Positions 63,846 to 64,000 of a stretch of DNA of 64,000 bases are shown piece by piece (position 1 is the stretch's first letter; each line of letters begins with the position of its first letter). The position numbers and the translations under genes are program-made. Location: positions 820,447 to 884,446 of the forward strand of contig JAQGDQ010000013.1 in NCBI GenBank assembly GCA_030141605.1. Direction: 5' to 3'. The notes under the pieces were generated by a model that saw only the letters and a list, made by a program, of their open reading frames with translations, did no database searches and was not told where the DNA came from. The stretch is from Tubiluchus corallicola (taxonomy: Eukaryota; Animalia; Priapulida).

Positions 63846-64000
63846 AAATTTGCTGAAATGCAGTGTCGTTTCATGGGCAGCCCAAGTAGGACACTAACGA
63901 TTTCTGTTGAGCTCGAATTTATGACATAATAAAACAAAAAACTAAATTTGTTTTAGAAAAAAATAACTTTATAATAATGATATATAGTCCCTGATAATTT

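Overview
AT-rich, intron- and repeat-rich genomic DNA from an invertebrate animal (GT-AG spliceosomal introns, TTAGGG-type repeats; taxon not determinable). Four protein genes were assembled by hand from splice sites. (1) The 5' end of a MEGF8-like CUB gene on the minus strand, running off the left edge, apparently preceded by several non-coding exons. (2) A two-exon, 77-aa protamine-like gene (35 Arg, 13 Ser; minus, 5850-6231) with an upstream CRE, missed by the ORF track. (3) An 11-coding-exon cuticlin-type ZP-domain membrane protein (plus, 14782-32470, 539 aa) with an unusual N-terminal repeat. (4) A 22-coding-exon TDRD5-like gene (minus, 63696-34534, about 1697 aa) with four LOTUS domains, one extended Tudor domain, an unannotated globular domain resembling the Ski/Dach/Bro-N fold, and a long repeat-bearing tail. 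Introns contain many hAT, Tc1/pogo, Kolobok-like and Harbinger MITEs, LINE fragments and minisatellites. Most striking structurally, several tandem arrays copy splice sites: two in-frame, stop-free donor arrays in TDRD5, an 8-copy acceptor array in the ZP gene, and about 42 copies of an AG-9nt-GT microexon-like unit. Gene models rest on manual phase checking only; there is no transcript or database evidence.
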